A stretch of 56,853 nt of DNA, taken from the IMG/VR virus record IMGVR_UViG_3300031953_000013, positions 1 through 56,853 of that record; one strand, given 5' to 3'. Below are positions 1-9,670 of this stretch, one piece after another. The DNA is from a virus. Taxonomy: Duplodnaviria; Caudoviricetes. Positions within the stretch are counted from its first letter, which is position 1; the number at the start of each line of letters is the position of its first letter. Below the pieces are notes generated by a model. The model made no database searches and was not told the DNA's origin. It saw only the letters and a program-made list of their open reading frames with translations. A program made the translations under genes and the position numbers.

Positions 1-127
1 TTACGATAAATACCAGTAAATTCGGACTGGCCTACTTCACAACGACGCCGGGGTTTCGTACCATTGAAATCCCATTAATGGACGTCACCTTGGGGGTCCC
101 ATTAATGGACGTCACCTTGGGGGTCCC
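1..127. repeat. Terminal direct repeat identical to 56727-56853 (circular assembly overlap)
   Basis: Exact 127-nt match at both ends. 127 is a common assembler k-mer, and an ORF reads through the junction. Confidence 0.95.
70..127 (+). repeat. 27-bp perfect tandem duplication (in-frame PLMDVTLGV x2)
   Basis: tcccattaatggacgtcaccttggggg occurs twice, followed by tccc. Confidence 0.95.
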
Positions 128-212
128 GGCCATCGAGCGCTTGTTGACGATTAGCGAGACAGATCGTAAAATACAAATTGGGTAGTATATTAAATAAGCA
201 AGGGGAAGGGTC

Positions 213-659
213 ATGGCAGTAGGTAACTTCACGTTTTATCATCAAGGCAAACTCTCAAAGCACGACGGCGACATTGATTTGGGTACCGATAGTATTATGT
301 GCATCCTGGTCGCCGCCGCGTATACCCCGGCGGTCACGACCGACGCGACCTATGCGGACGTTAGCGCTAACGAGATCGCGGATACCGATTACGCCCAACA
401 GCTGGTCACCGCTCTGACTTCCAGTATCGACGGCTCCGGGGTTATCACCGTGGATAGCGCTGACGTCCCATTTGGGAACCCGGTCAGCATTACCGCCAAG
501 TACGCGGTATTCGCTAAACGGGCCGGCGCGTCCTTGGTGGCGGGGGACTCGCTTTTGGGGTACGTGGACCTGGACGACACGACTACGGCAGCCGAGGTAT
601 CGTCTACCAACAGCGAGTTTTCCGTGAAAACGCCAAACGGCTTTTACACGCTGACATAA
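213..659 (+). CDS. Putative virion structural protein of the auxiliary fibre module
   Basis: 148 aa, beta-rich. The DxDL..D..(K/M)..L...Y.P pattern is typical of phage minor structural proteins. Co-directional with the adaptor gene. Confidence 0.6.
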   Translation: MAVGNFTFYHQGKLSKHDGDIDLGTDSIMCILVAAAYTPAVTTDATYADVSANEIADTDYAQQLVTALTSSIDGSGVITVDSADVPFGNPVSITAKYAVFAKRAGASLVAGDSLLGYVDLDDTTTAAEVSSTNSEFSVKTPNGFYTLT

Positions 660-671
660 GGAGAGGTTGCC

Positions 672-986
672 ATGACCATTGCGTATAGCGGGGAACCGAC
701 CAGCCTTGGTAAAAAGGACCCGGACTCGAAGGTGGATTACAAGATGGATTGGTCCGCCTATATGGCAGCCCTCGGCAACGATACCATTATGCAATCTGAA
801 TGGCTTGTGGTCGGGTCCATGGTAATCGCCTCGTCACCGGGTCCCAGCTTTACGGATACGGAAACCACCGTCTGGATCGAGGGCGGCGGAGCCGTTGGCG
901 AATCGAATACCATCACCAACCGGGTTACCACCGCTGGTGGGCGTATCGAGGATCGGTCTTTTGTACTTACGGTAGCAGAGCTTTAA
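672..986 (+). CDS. Putative fibre-tail adaptor protein
   Basis: KDPDSKVDYKMDWS and NRVTTAGGRIEDRS motifs; RBS aggag. Confidence 0.65.
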   Translation: MTIAYSGEPTSLGKKDPDSKVDYKMDWSAYMAALGNDTIMQSEWLVVGSMVIASSPGPSFTDTETTVWIEGGGAVGESNTITNRVTTAGGRIEDRSFVLTVAEL

Positions 987-997
987 AGGTCCTCTTG

Positions 998-1021
998 CCC
1001 GGCTAGCCCGGGTATTTTTTT
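998..1021 (+). terminator. Rho-independent terminator
   Basis: cccgg/ccggg stem followed by a T-run. Confidence 0.6.
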
Positions 1022-1099
1022 GACTCGATTTAGTGGTAATCTAGTGGTAGGTGTGTTATTATAATAAGACGAACACCAAACAGCCAGAAGGATCCAAAA

Positions 1100-1915
1100 A
1101 TGAGCAACTACCGTACCAACGCCCACGCCGTCCAAGAAGAGGCAAAGCGCCTGTTCGATCAGGAGGGCCTTGCGGTCGAGGGCTGGTCCTTCCGTATTAA
1201 CAACCGCACGGTTAACATCGCTGGCAGATGCCGGTATAGCACCCGGGTCATCGAGCATAGCGCTACCCACCTAAAGCACTCGACCTTGGCCTTTAACCTG
1301 GACACCATTCGCCACGAAGTAGCCCATGCCATTACAAAAGGCGACGGCCACGGAGCAAAATGGAAAGCGGAAGCCATTCGCTTGGGTGCTAATGGATCTA
1401 AGTGCTATAGCATGAATGAGCAGGACCACGGAACGCTAGTCGACCTCCTGGACGCCAAGCGTACTTGGCTTTGCGTTTCCATCCAAGGTCAAGAGGCGCT
1501 CCACCAGTTTTCTAGGGAGCGGATTGGGCGCCCCCTGCATAACGGGATGTGGACGAAGGGTAAAAAGCGCAAAACAGCGGGTACTTTGCATTACGTGCAG
1601 CGGGAGCGCCACGTAGCGTTCAAAGCTGGGACCATCACCTTTGACGAGCTAACAAAGCACCTAACCCGCGACGGCAAAACATCGTCGTATAACCCGGACA
1701 CGTTTATCACCCAGCCAGTAGCGGCAAAGCGCCCGACCACGCCGAACGCCTCGACCACTAAAGCGACCTCCACGTACACCTCGTTCACCGCTTCCGTGTA
1801 TAAGGCTGAAATGGCTTTCGAGGAGTTCTTGCTGGCGTACACCATGAGCAAACCGAATGCGGCATACTCGACGGTCAAAGCCCAGTATGGCCGAATCAAA
1901 AAAGGTACGGCTTAG
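1100..1915 (+). CDS. SprT-like zinc metalloprotease with C-terminal HTH-like tail
   Basis: AGRC and HEVAHA motifs, then GHGAKWK. Confidence 0.8.
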   Translation: MSNYRTNAHAVQEEAKRLFDQEGLAVEGWSFRINNRTVNIAGRCRYSTRVIEHSATHLKHSTLAFNLDTIRHEVAHAITKGDGHGAKWKAEAIRLGANGSKCYSMNEQDHGTLVDLLDAKRTWLCVSIQGQEALHQFSRERIGRPLHNGMWTKGKKRKTAGTLHYVQRERHVAFKAGTITFDELTKHLTRDGKTSSYNPDTFITQPVAAKRPTTPNASTTKATSTYTSFTASVYKAEMAFEEFLLAYTMSKPNAAYSTVKAQYGRIKKGTA

Positions 1916-2023
1916 TACCCGCCTTGCCACTACGTTCGTCTCCCGGGGCTCCCCCGGGTATTAACCGCTAACGCCAAAACGGGTGACAACGCCCTCCACT
2001 AAATACAACGCTAAGGATTACCC

Positions 2024-2233
2024 ATGTCTAAACGTAAGAAATTTTACCCAGCGCCCAATGCCAAGCAACTCGTCCAGATGTTTTATGCGATGCAAGCCGC
2101 CGAGGATGCCGACGCACCGGACGGGGCTTGGCAAGCCATGCTGGAAGACGCGGCTGGCCATTTCGGGCGTGCGAATAGCCTGTCGGTCGATACACACAAC
2201 GCGTTCATGGACTTCTTGGAATGGAGGGCTTAG
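2024..2233 (+). CDS. Hypothetical protein
   Basis: RBS aagga, 69 aa. Confidence 0.6.
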   Translation: MSKRKKFYPAPNAKQLVQMFYAMQAAEDADAPDGAWQAMLEDAAGHFGRANSLSVDTHNAFMDFLEWRA

Positions 2234-2235
2234 GT

Positions 2236-2418
2236 ATGAAAACAAAAATCACGAGGCTTAAAGCGGCTAATGATACAACTAGCCATAGCCACCGGTCCCT
2301 CGCCGAGTACCGAATAACAGGGCGCGACCCGCGAACCGGGAAACGCCGTACTATTGTGGTTACTGGTACCCGGGTTTATGCCGAAGGTATAGCACTGGGG
2401 GCCTTTGGCGGACTTTAA
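2236..2418 (+). CDS. Hypothetical basic protein
   Basis: RBS ggagg upstream of ATG 2236. Confidence 0.5.
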   Translation: MKTKITRLKAANDTTSHSHRSLAEYRITGRDPRTGKRRTIVVTGTRVYAEGIALGAFGGL

Positions 2419-2425
2419 TACTAGG

Positions 2426-2455
2426 TTGCATAGATTACCGGTCGTGCGCTATCCT
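2426..2455 (+). promoter_or_regulatory. Sigma70-like promoter upstream of terS
   Basis: TTGCAT-18 nt-TATCCT. Confidence 0.4.
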
Positions 2456-2490
2456 CCCTTAATTGATATTAACACTTAGGGGATTCCCAG

Positions 2491-3024
2491 ATGGCTGGTA
2501 ATCAAAAGAAAACGGGGGCTAGTGGTAGCTTCCCAGAATGGAAAAACGGTCGGGGCTATGAGGCCAGGATGCGAGCGACCGAAGAAACCATGACTCCGGC
2601 AGGCAAGGTTCGACGCCAACTGTTTGTGGCCCATTATATAGAGACCCTTAATAAAAAAGGCTCCGCCGAGTTCGCTGGTTTTAAAAGTCCCGCTTCCAAA
2701 GGGGTTTTGCTATGTAAAGAACCCTATGTCCAACACCTGATAAAAAATGCTTTGAAAAGGATTGACCAAGACGCTATTATGTCGGCTAACGAAATCCTAT
2801 TCCAAGCCAAGAAAGAGGCGCTGGACGATACCGACACTAATAAGTCAGCAAGGATCCAAGCGCTTTCGCTAATGGCCAAGATGCGAGGGCTGCTGGTCGA
2901 GAAGCACGAAGTTAATACGAACAACGGCGGGGTGATGATCGTACCCGGAATGGTGTCGCCTACCGAGTGGTCCGAAATGGCCGCTAAGTCCCAAGAGGAG
3001 CTGAAAGGGACTGTCCGGGACTAA
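2491..3024 (+). CDS. terS: Terminase small subunit
   Basis: FVAHYI...SAEFAGF HTH, then RIQALSLMAKMRG; lies upstream of terL. Confidence 0.8.
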   Translation: MAGNQKKTGASGSFPEWKNGRGYEARMRATEETMTPAGKVRRQLFVAHYIETLNKKGSAEFAGFKSPASKGVLLCKEPYVQHLIKNALKRIDQDAIMSANEILFQAKKEALDDTDTNKSARIQALSLMAKMRGLLVEKHEVNTNNGGVMIVPGMVSPTEWSEMAAKSQEELKGTVRD

Positions 3025-3039
3025 CCACAAGGGGGTTGT

Positions 3040-3513
3040 ATGTTTCCTAAATTTATCACGGTACACGCTAGCGCCACCAAAATGGACCAGGACTTTGACG
3101 TCGAAGACGTAAGGCGATGGCATACCGATCCGAAGCCGCGCGGACGAGGGTGGAGCGATATTGGGTACCACCTGTTCATTAAGCTGGACGGTACGCTACA
3201 GCTAGGGAGACCGCTGTATCGGCAAGGCGCCCATGTCGGCGGCCATAATGAAGACAACGTCGGGATTTGCATGGCGGGTGGTTTGGACCCGTCGGGCGTT
3301 CCCGCCTTTACGTTTACGGGTGACCAGATAGAAACGCTGGTCCGGGTCCTTCGCGTGTTTTCGATCGCCTACAATATACCGCTGGAAAATATAAAGGGGC
3401 ATCGAGACTGGTCCCCGGATTTAGACGGTAATGGCGAAATCACAGCAGACGAATACATGAAAGAATGTCCTTGTTTCGACGTTCGGGAGCTGGTCTTGGC
3501 TAGGCTGCCCTAA
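3040..3513 (+). CDS. Endolysin, N-acetylmuramoyl-L-alanine amidase (T7 lysozyme-like)
   Basis: VHASAT, GWSDIGYH, GAHVGGHN, GHRD and KECPCFDV motifs. Confidence 0.92.
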   Translation: MFPKFITVHASATKMDQDFDVEDVRRWHTDPKPRGRGWSDIGYHLFIKLDGTLQLGRPLYRQGAHVGGHNEDNVGICMAGGLDPSGVPAFTFTGDQIETLVRVLRVFSIAYNIPLENIKGHRDWSPDLDGNGEITADEYMKECPCFDVRELVLARLP

Positions 3514-3530
3514 TGAACCAGGAGTGACGT

Positions 3531-3854
3531 ATGCACGACAGCGGCCATGTAACCATAGTATTATCTGAAATCTTTATATTTGGTGGATTTGCCGCTATGG
3601 GCGGGATTCTGGCGTATCTTTTGCGGACGCTAGACGAGGGCGGGGGGCCAAAGGCCTGGCGCGCTCTAGTCGAGGCGCTTTCTTCCGGTTTTATTGGATT
3701 GATTGCCATGCTGGCGTGTGACGCCTTGGGAGTGGACTGGCGATGGTCCGGAGTGGTAGTTGGGGTGTTCGGATGGCTAGGGGCGGAGGCTAGTATTGTT
3801 TTTGTTATCCGAATAGTAAAATCTAAATTGGGGTTGAGATCCGATGATCGCTAG
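3531..3854 (+). CDS. Holin
   Basis: 107 aa with about 3 TM segments, between endolysin and spanins. Confidence 0.8.
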   Translation: MHDSGHVTIVLSEIFIFGGFAAMGGILAYLLRTLDEGGGPKAWRALVEALSSGFIGLIAMLACDALGVDWRWSGVVVGVFGWLGAEASIVFVIRIVKSKLGLRSDDR

Positions 3855-4275
3855 CGCCATAGTAATGAGATTAGCCCCGGTCCTAGGCGTCGCCATGCTG
3901 GGGGTGGCCGGGTACGCTTTTTACCTAAACTTAAAGCTGGATACCGCCGAGGCCGAGGCGGGGCGCCTCAAAGGCCAGTACGCTCAAGTCCTTTCTACGA
4001 ACCAGCTACAGGCTAACACCATTAAGCGAATGGCGGATCAAAGACGAATTGACGACGAGTTACTAGTTACCTTACAATCGAACGCTAACGAGGCGCGCCG
4101 CCTTTCCACTCGTTTAACTAAGGGGCTAGACGGTCTTGGTGAAAATTATGACACGATTAAAAACTATTTTGATACTCGGGTTCCTATCGACGTTACTCGG
4201 ATGCTCATTGACCGGACCACGCCCGGTCCGAGTGGAAACAATAAAGCTGATGCCACCGGAAACGGCGCTGATTGA
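3844..4275 (+). CDS. i-spanin (Rz-like)
   Basis: N-terminal TM segment followed by coiled coil. Confidence 0.75.
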   Translation: MIASAIVMRLAPVLGVAMLGVAGYAFYLNLKLDTAEAEAGRLKGQYAQVLSTNQLQANTIKRMADQRRIDDELLVTLQSNANEARRLSTRLTKGLDGLGENYDTIKNYFDTRVPIDVTRMLIDRTTPGPSGNNKADATGNGAD

Positions 4276-4432
4276 TTGTATCTTACCGGTATATAAGGTC
4301 CCGGACCTGGCGCTGGATCAGTACCGCAATCGCTACCTCCTGGATTATATAGACTTAGTATACACCGAACTAGAGGTGTGCGCCAGTCGAGTACGTGGGA
4401 TTAAGGAGTGGTATGCAAAGCAACCGCTCTAA
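4148..4432 (+). CDS. o-spanin lipoprotein (Rz1-like)
   Basis: Signal peptide with lipobox LLGC; overlaps the i-spanin in another frame. Confidence 0.8.
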   Translation: MTRLKTILILGFLSTLLGCSLTGPRPVRVETIKLMPPETALIDCILPVYKVPDLALDQYRNRYLLDYIDLVYTELEVCASRVRGIKEWYAKQPL

Positions 4433-5954
4433 ACAGGTAGTCTGGAAGCCGCTGGATGGCTCGCAAAGCCTAGTAATGTGTTGCCCCTGTAACCACATCC
4501 TTTACGAAGGGACTAGAGGCCCTGGAAAAACGGATTCCCAACTTATGTTTTTCCGACGCTTTGTAGGCGTCGGCTACGGGGCGTTCTGGCGTGGCGTAAT
4601 CTTCGACAAAGAATACAAAAACCTGGACGACTTGGTATCCAAGTCCAAGAGGTGGTTTCGTCAATTCGGCGATGGGGCTAGATTCCTAAGCTCAAACCGG
4701 GACCTTAAATGGGTGTGGCCTACTGGCGAGGAGTTGCTATTTCGCCAGATGAAAACCGAAAACGACTATTGGAATTACCACGGCCAGGAGTTTCCTTTTA
4801 TTGGGTGGAACGAGCTAACCAAACACCCTAACTCCAACTTGTATGACATGATTATGTCGTGCAATCGTTCGTCCTTTATCCCAGACGAGCATAGCCCGAT
4901 AAACGAGGGGTCTGGACAACGGGACGTTTTGCCGGAAATGCCCTTGGTAGTTTTGTCTACCACTAACCCTTATGGGGTGGGGCATAATTGGGTCAAGCAA
5001 CGCTTTATAGACCCGGCGGCCCCCGGAGTTGTGGTCAATAACACCAAAGACGTTTTCAACCCAAGGACGCAGCAACGAGAAGAGGTTACCAAAACCCAAG
5101 TCCGTATTTTTGGGTCGTACAAGGAAAACCGATATCTGTCTCCCGAGTATATTTTGGAGCTTGAATCCATAACCGACCCGAACAAGAAAAAGGCTTGGCT
5201 GTGGGGCGACTGGGATATTACGTCGGGCGGTATGTTTGACGATGTCTGGTCTAGCGATTATAACATTGTTCCGGAGTTCGTTATCCCGAGGGGATGGCGC
5301 ATGTTTCGGTCTTTCGACTGGGGGTCCTCCAAACCGTTTAGCGTTGGGTGGTGGGCCGAGTCCGACGGGTCGGACGTACCGATGAACGACGGCTCGGTCC
5401 GGTCCACCGTTAGAGGCGACCTTTTCCGTATAGGGGAATGGTACGGCTGGAACGGGGTACCAAATACTGGGCTGCGCTTATTGGCTACACAAATCTCTAA
5501 AGGGATAGTGGAAAGGGAATTGAAATCCGGGTACTATGGGAGGATCCAACCTGGCCCAGCGGATAACTCGATTAACGATACGGAGAACGGGGTCAACATC
5601 GCACAGGATATGATGCGACCGGTTACGATAAACGGGCACCGTTATAAAGGGGTCCAATGGTCCAGATCCAACAAGGGGCCCGGTAGCAGAAAGAACGGAT
5701 GGGAGAAGATGCGGGTGGCGATCTATAATGCGCAACCACCACAAGAAGGCGGCCCACGGGAGGACCCCGGTCTTTTCGCCTTTCGTGTATGTCAAGACGG
5801 GTTTATGCGGACCGTCCCGTCCGTTCCACGGGACACGAAAGACCTGGACGACGTAAACACGGACGCCGAGGATCACGTCTGCGATGAAGTACGTTATGTT
5901 ATACTATCGGTAGGCGACCGCTTTGTATCTGGGTCAACCACTGGGCACTTTTAA
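4413..5954 (+). CDS. terL: Terminase large subunit
   Basis: Walker A GTRGPGKT, Walker B-like GWNEL, TTNP motif III, nuclease FDWG and EDHVCDEVRY; RBS aaggag before ATG 4413. Confidence 0.95.
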   Translation: MQSNRSKQVVWKPLDGSQSLVMCCPCNHILYEGTRGPGKTDSQLMFFRRFVGVGYGAFWRGVIFDKEYKNLDDLVSKSKRWFRQFGDGARFLSSNRDLKWVWPTGEELLFRQMKTENDYWNYHGQEFPFIGWNELTKHPNSNLYDMIMSCNRSSFIPDEHSPINEGSGQRDVLPEMPLVVLSTTNPYGVGHNWVKQRFIDPAAPGVVVNNTKDVFNPRTQQREEVTKTQVRIFGSYKENRYLSPEYILELESITDPNKKKAWLWGDWDITSGGMFDDVWSSDYNIVPEFVIPRGWRMFRSFDWGSSKPFSVGWWAESDGSDVPMNDGSVRSTVRGDLFRIGEWYGWNGVPNTGLRLLATQISKGIVERELKSGYYGRIQPGPADNSINDTENGVNIAQDMMRPVTINGHRYKGVQWSRSNKGPGSRKNGWEKMRVAIYNAQPPQEGGPREDPGLFAFRVCQDGFMRTVPSVPRDTKDLDDVNTDAEDHVCDEVRYVILSVGDRFVSGSTTGHF

Positions 5955-5966
5955 AGGATCACAAAG

Positions 5967-7394
5967 ATGGCTATTTCTACCAAGCATCCGCAATACACTT
6001 CAAAGGCCCAAAAGTGGGAAACCTGCAACGATACGTATGACGGCGAGGACCAGATTAAGGACCGGGGGGTTAAACACCTCCCAGCTACCTCTGGCCAAAT
6101 CGCCGACGGCCAAGGTCTAGGCCAAACCAGCCCCGGCGAGCTAGCCTATCAAGCGTATAAGTTAAGAGCCGTTTTTCCGGACCTTATGGCGGAAGCGGTC
6201 GAGGCGGCCATTGGTACCATGCATCGTAAACCGGCATCCATCGAGCTCCCTTCCAGCATGGAGCCTCTGCGCCTATCCGCTACGCCATTGGGAGAGTCTT
6301 TACAAATGGTGCTGCGTAAGATTAACGTACGTCAATTAGTTGCCGGAAGGGTCGGGCTTTTAGGGGACGTCCAGGAGACCGACGGCCAACCTACCCCGGT
6401 ACTGGTACTATACGGGGAAGGCGCCGTGATTAATTGGGTACAGGGTGGCGGAAAAATGGCCCCAACCGACGTAGTTTTAGCGGTAGCCGACGAAAGCGGC
6501 TATGTGGTAGGTGCCGACCTTCAATGGTCGCATAAGGCTAAGTTTAAAGTGTTCGCTTTAATGGACGCGGAAGGCAAAGCCAGCTTGACCGGCGGTACCT
6601 ACGGTTTCGCCGACGCCGAGCCCTCGGACGAGCCTTCTACCTTGGAGTTTACCGCGGTCACCGTTCGAGGTAATACCCTGCAAGAGCTGCCGTTTACTTT
6701 TATCAACTCTAAAGACCTGGCCCCTACTCCCGATAACCCGCCACTGTACGGACTGGCAAAACTGGCGTTGGCTATTTACCGGGGTGACGCGGACCATCGC
6801 CAGCACCTATTTATGCAAAGCCAAGACACCTTGGTACTAATCGGTAACATGATGGCGACGGCCGTGGACGGTAGCGACGGTGACGAGGCGCCAATTAGAA
6901 CCGGTGCGGGGGCCAGTATTAATGTTCCGCAAGGTGGCGATGCTAAATACATTGGGGTCAGCGGGAACGGGTTGTCCGAACAACGCCAAAACCTGGAAAA
7001 CGACTATAAGCGAGCGACCCAGAAAGCAGGTCAATTGCTAGACTCGGCAGGTCAAGCGAAGGAGTCTGGCGAAGCGCTGAAAATTCGATCCGCCGCCCAA
7101 ACCGCCACGCTAGTCCAGATAGCGCAAGCAGGGGCCGCCGGTTTAGAAACGGTACTTAAAGCCATGGCCCCATGGTTCGGCGCGAATCCAGAAGATATTG
7201 TGGTCACCCCTAACCTGGAATTTACCGACGCTAATTTCAACGGGATGGCGCTAGTACAAATGCAACAGGCCAAGACCCTCGGCGCGCCACTTTCGTCTAA
7301 GTCAATTCATGGCTGGCTAGCGGATCAGGGTATGACTAAGCTTACCTATGACGAGGAAGTAAACACGATTGACTCCGAAGTGCCGGGCATCTAA
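5967..7394 (+). CDS. Portal protein
   Basis: 475 aa directly after terL; HPQY...W, Y..RAVF and ESGEAL motifs. Confidence 0.88.
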   Translation: MAISTKHPQYTSKAQKWETCNDTYDGEDQIKDRGVKHLPATSGQIADGQGLGQTSPGELAYQAYKLRAVFPDLMAEAVEAAIGTMHRKPASIELPSSMEPLRLSATPLGESLQMVLRKINVRQLVAGRVGLLGDVQETDGQPTPVLVLYGEGAVINWVQGGGKMAPTDVVLAVADESGYVVGADLQWSHKAKFKVFALMDAEGKASLTGGTYGFADAEPSDEPSTLEFTAVTVRGNTLQELPFTFINSKDLAPTPDNPPLYGLAKLALAIYRGDADHRQHLFMQSQDTLVLIGNMMATAVDGSDGDEAPIRTGAGASINVPQGGDAKYIGVSGNGLSEQRQNLENDYKRATQKAGQLLDSAGQAKESGEALKIRSAAQTATLVQIAQAGAAGLETVLKAMAPWFGANPEDIVVTPNLEFTDANFNGMALVQMQQAKTLGAPLSSKSIHGWLADQGMTKLTYDEEVNTIDSEVPGI

Positions 7395-8575
7395 TGAAAA
7401 GCGCTAACGAGCTTTTACTCGACCGCTTTATTCGTCACCAAACCTACCTGCTAAGGTACGCCGGTGGGCTGCGCAACGAGTCAACGGATTTGTTGCGTAA
7501 GTCGGAAGGTAAGTTAAATTCTCTGATACTTAAATACTCGGAAAGCCTTGCGGGCGCCGACCTAGGGCTACCCGGGGTCCAGAAGCAGCTCGACCAAATG
7601 ACTTCGGATATTCGGGTATTGCGAGCGCAATCCTGGAAAGCCGTTCACGACACCGCTACCAAGCAGATGCAAGCGCTAGCGCAACAGGAAGTCTTAACGG
7701 CGGCTAAAGTCATAACCGGTAGCGTCCCGGTAATTTTAAACCTATCCATACCACCCGTAGCGCAGCTGGAGGCTATCGCTGCCACACGCCCTTTCGAGGG
7801 GCGAACGCTAAAGGCGTGGATGGATAAGGCGGAAATTGACGACGTTGCGCGCATCGCTGCCACCGCCAAGATAGGCATAATTCAGGGCGATAGCCCGACG
7901 GCCGTTGCTAGGAGGGTACTGGGTGGCGGGACCGTCCCAACGACAAGGGCCGCTGCTCGCAAAGCCTTTCGAGACTTGGAATCGGTTTATTTAACCGTAA
8001 CCAACGGGGTCCAGAACGAATCTAAAAAGATGTTCTATGAGGCTAACCCAGACCTGATCCAAGAAACATACTTTGTTGCTACCTTGGACAGTCGAACCAC
8101 CCTCGAATGCGCTTCCAACGATACTAAAAAATTCCCCGTAAAAGAGGGGCCGCAACCGCCACTGCATTTCCGGTGCCGCTCGTTGCGCGTGCCGTTGCTG
8201 GACGCCGATAACTTGGGTAGTCGGCCATTTAACCCGACCACGGAAAAACAAATGGTTGGCGAGTACGCGGATAAGAATGGTCTTGGTAAAATTAAAAAGC
8301 GGGGCGACCTCCCTTATGGCCACAAGACAAAGTACGACGCTTTCTCCGCAAAGCGGAAGCGGGAGTTAATCGGCCAGGTGCCGGGTAAGACATCGTATCA
8401 AGAGTGGTTAACCGGGCAGTCGCCAGACTTCCAAAACGAAGTGCTTGGCCCTACCCGTGCTGCCATGTTTCGAGATGGCCATATTACCTTGGACAAGTTT
8501 GTTGCGAGGGATGGCGATACCCTAACCCTAGATCAACTGAAGTCGAGGGGGTTACAAATACCCGACGATGCGTGA
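7394..8575 (+). CDS. Head morphogenesis protein (SPP1 gp7/MuF-like)
   Basis: ATLDSRTTLEC and PPLHFRCRS motifs. Confidence 0.88.
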   Translation: MKSANELLLDRFIRHQTYLLRYAGGLRNESTDLLRKSEGKLNSLILKYSESLAGADLGLPGVQKQLDQMTSDIRVLRAQSWKAVHDTATKQMQALAQQEVLTAAKVITGSVPVILNLSIPPVAQLEAIAATRPFEGRTLKAWMDKAEIDDVARIAATAKIGIIQGDSPTAVARRVLGGGTVPTTRAAARKAFRDLESVYLTVTNGVQNESKKMFYEANPDLIQETYFVATLDSRTTLECASNDTKKFPVKEGPQPPLHFRCRSLRVPLLDADNLGSRPFNPTTEKQMVGEYADKNGLGKIKKRGDLPYGHKTKYDAFSAKRKRELIGQVPGKTSYQEWLTGQSPDFQNEVLGPTRAAMFRDGHITLDKFVARDGDTLTLDQLKSRGLQIPDDA

Positions 8576-8713
8576 CGATTTAAAAATACCGTGCCTACAC
8601 TGGACGGGCTTAAATGGGGGATCCGGAAGAAACCCGGATAAAAATGGACGCCACTATGGTAACCTACCTCGCTACATAAGGGCATGGCCCCTTAACAAAC
8701 TGGAGTGATTCCA

Positions 8714-9523
8714 ATGCTTTTGAAACACCGCTATGAAAAGAAAGACGAAATCCCAGTAGAGTACCTCGGGTTGTTTACCGAGCAGGACGGGGCATGGGTC
8801 CTAACCGGCATTTCTGGGATCAAGACCCAAGACGACGTTGACCGGTTAACCGACAGCCTTCGCAAAGAACGCGAGGACCACGGCGAGGTTAAAAAGAAGC
8901 TGCGTAAGTTTAACGACCTGGAGCCAGACGACGTCTTCGCAAAGCTGGACCGGATTACGGAACTGGAAGCCGCTGCCGCAAATAAGATCGACGATACCAA
9001 GTTGAACGAAATGGTCGAGACCCGTATTAAATCCAGAACGGCCCCTCTGGAACGGCAGATCAAAGAATTGACCGACGATAGCGTGCGGCTTACCGGTGAA
9101 GTCGATACCTACAAGGGCAAAGAAACAAAACGAACTATCCACGACCAAATCCGTAAGGCGGCTGTTCAAGCTAAGCTGCGCGACACGGCGGTGGATGACG
9201 CCCTTATGATTGGTGAAAACGTATTCGAGCTGGATGACCGTGGGCGGGCCGTTACTAAAGATGGCGTCGGTATTACGCCGGGCCTAGCACCGGATGTATG
9301 GTTTACCGAAAATACCAAGGTGCGCCCACATTGGTGGCCTGAATCGCAGGGCGCTGGTGCGAAGGGCGGCAACGGGTCGGACGGGGCCAATAACCCGTTT
9401 TCAGCTGAAAACTGGAATATGACCGAGCAGGGCCAACTGTTTAAAGCGGACCCGGAAAAAGCGACGCAATTTGCTAAGTCCGCCGGTACCACTATTGGCG
9501 GTGGAAAGCCCGCTCGAAAATAA
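8714..9523 (+). CDS. Capsid scaffolding protein
   Basis: Coiled-coil, acidic, upstream of the major capsid gene; C-terminal NPF..WNMTEQG. Confidence 0.75.
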   Translation: MLLKHRYEKKDEIPVEYLGLFTEQDGAWVLTGISGIKTQDDVDRLTDSLRKEREDHGEVKKKLRKFNDLEPDDVFAKLDRITELEAAAANKIDDTKLNEMVETRIKSRTAPLERQIKELTDDSVRLTGEVDTYKGKETKRTIHDQIRKAAVQAKLRDTAVDDALMIGENVFELDDRGRAVTKDGVGITPGLAPDVWFTENTKVRPHWWPESQGAGAKGGNGSDGANNPFSAENWNMTEQGQLFKADPEKATQFAKSAGTTIGGGKPARK

Positions 9524-9559
9524 GTGTTGCCAGGAATATTTCTAATGGCTTAGAATAGG

Positions 9560-9590
9560 GGTAGCTTCTATGGTGGAGCTACCTTTTTTT
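9560..9590 (+). terminator. Rho-independent terminator between scaffold and MCP
   Basis: ggtagcttc/ggagctacc stem followed by T8. Confidence 0.65.
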
Positions 9591-9670
9591 GTATTTTGGC
9601 GCGGTCATGGGATTCGTCGCTTCTCGGTAAAGAAGACTAATTCAGCCTATTACATCCTGAGGAGGATACC

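Noticed and set aside
1-127. Terminal repeat as biological genome termini
   Set aside because: The length equals a standard assembly k-mer and the repeat falls inside an ORF, so it is best explained as circular overlap.
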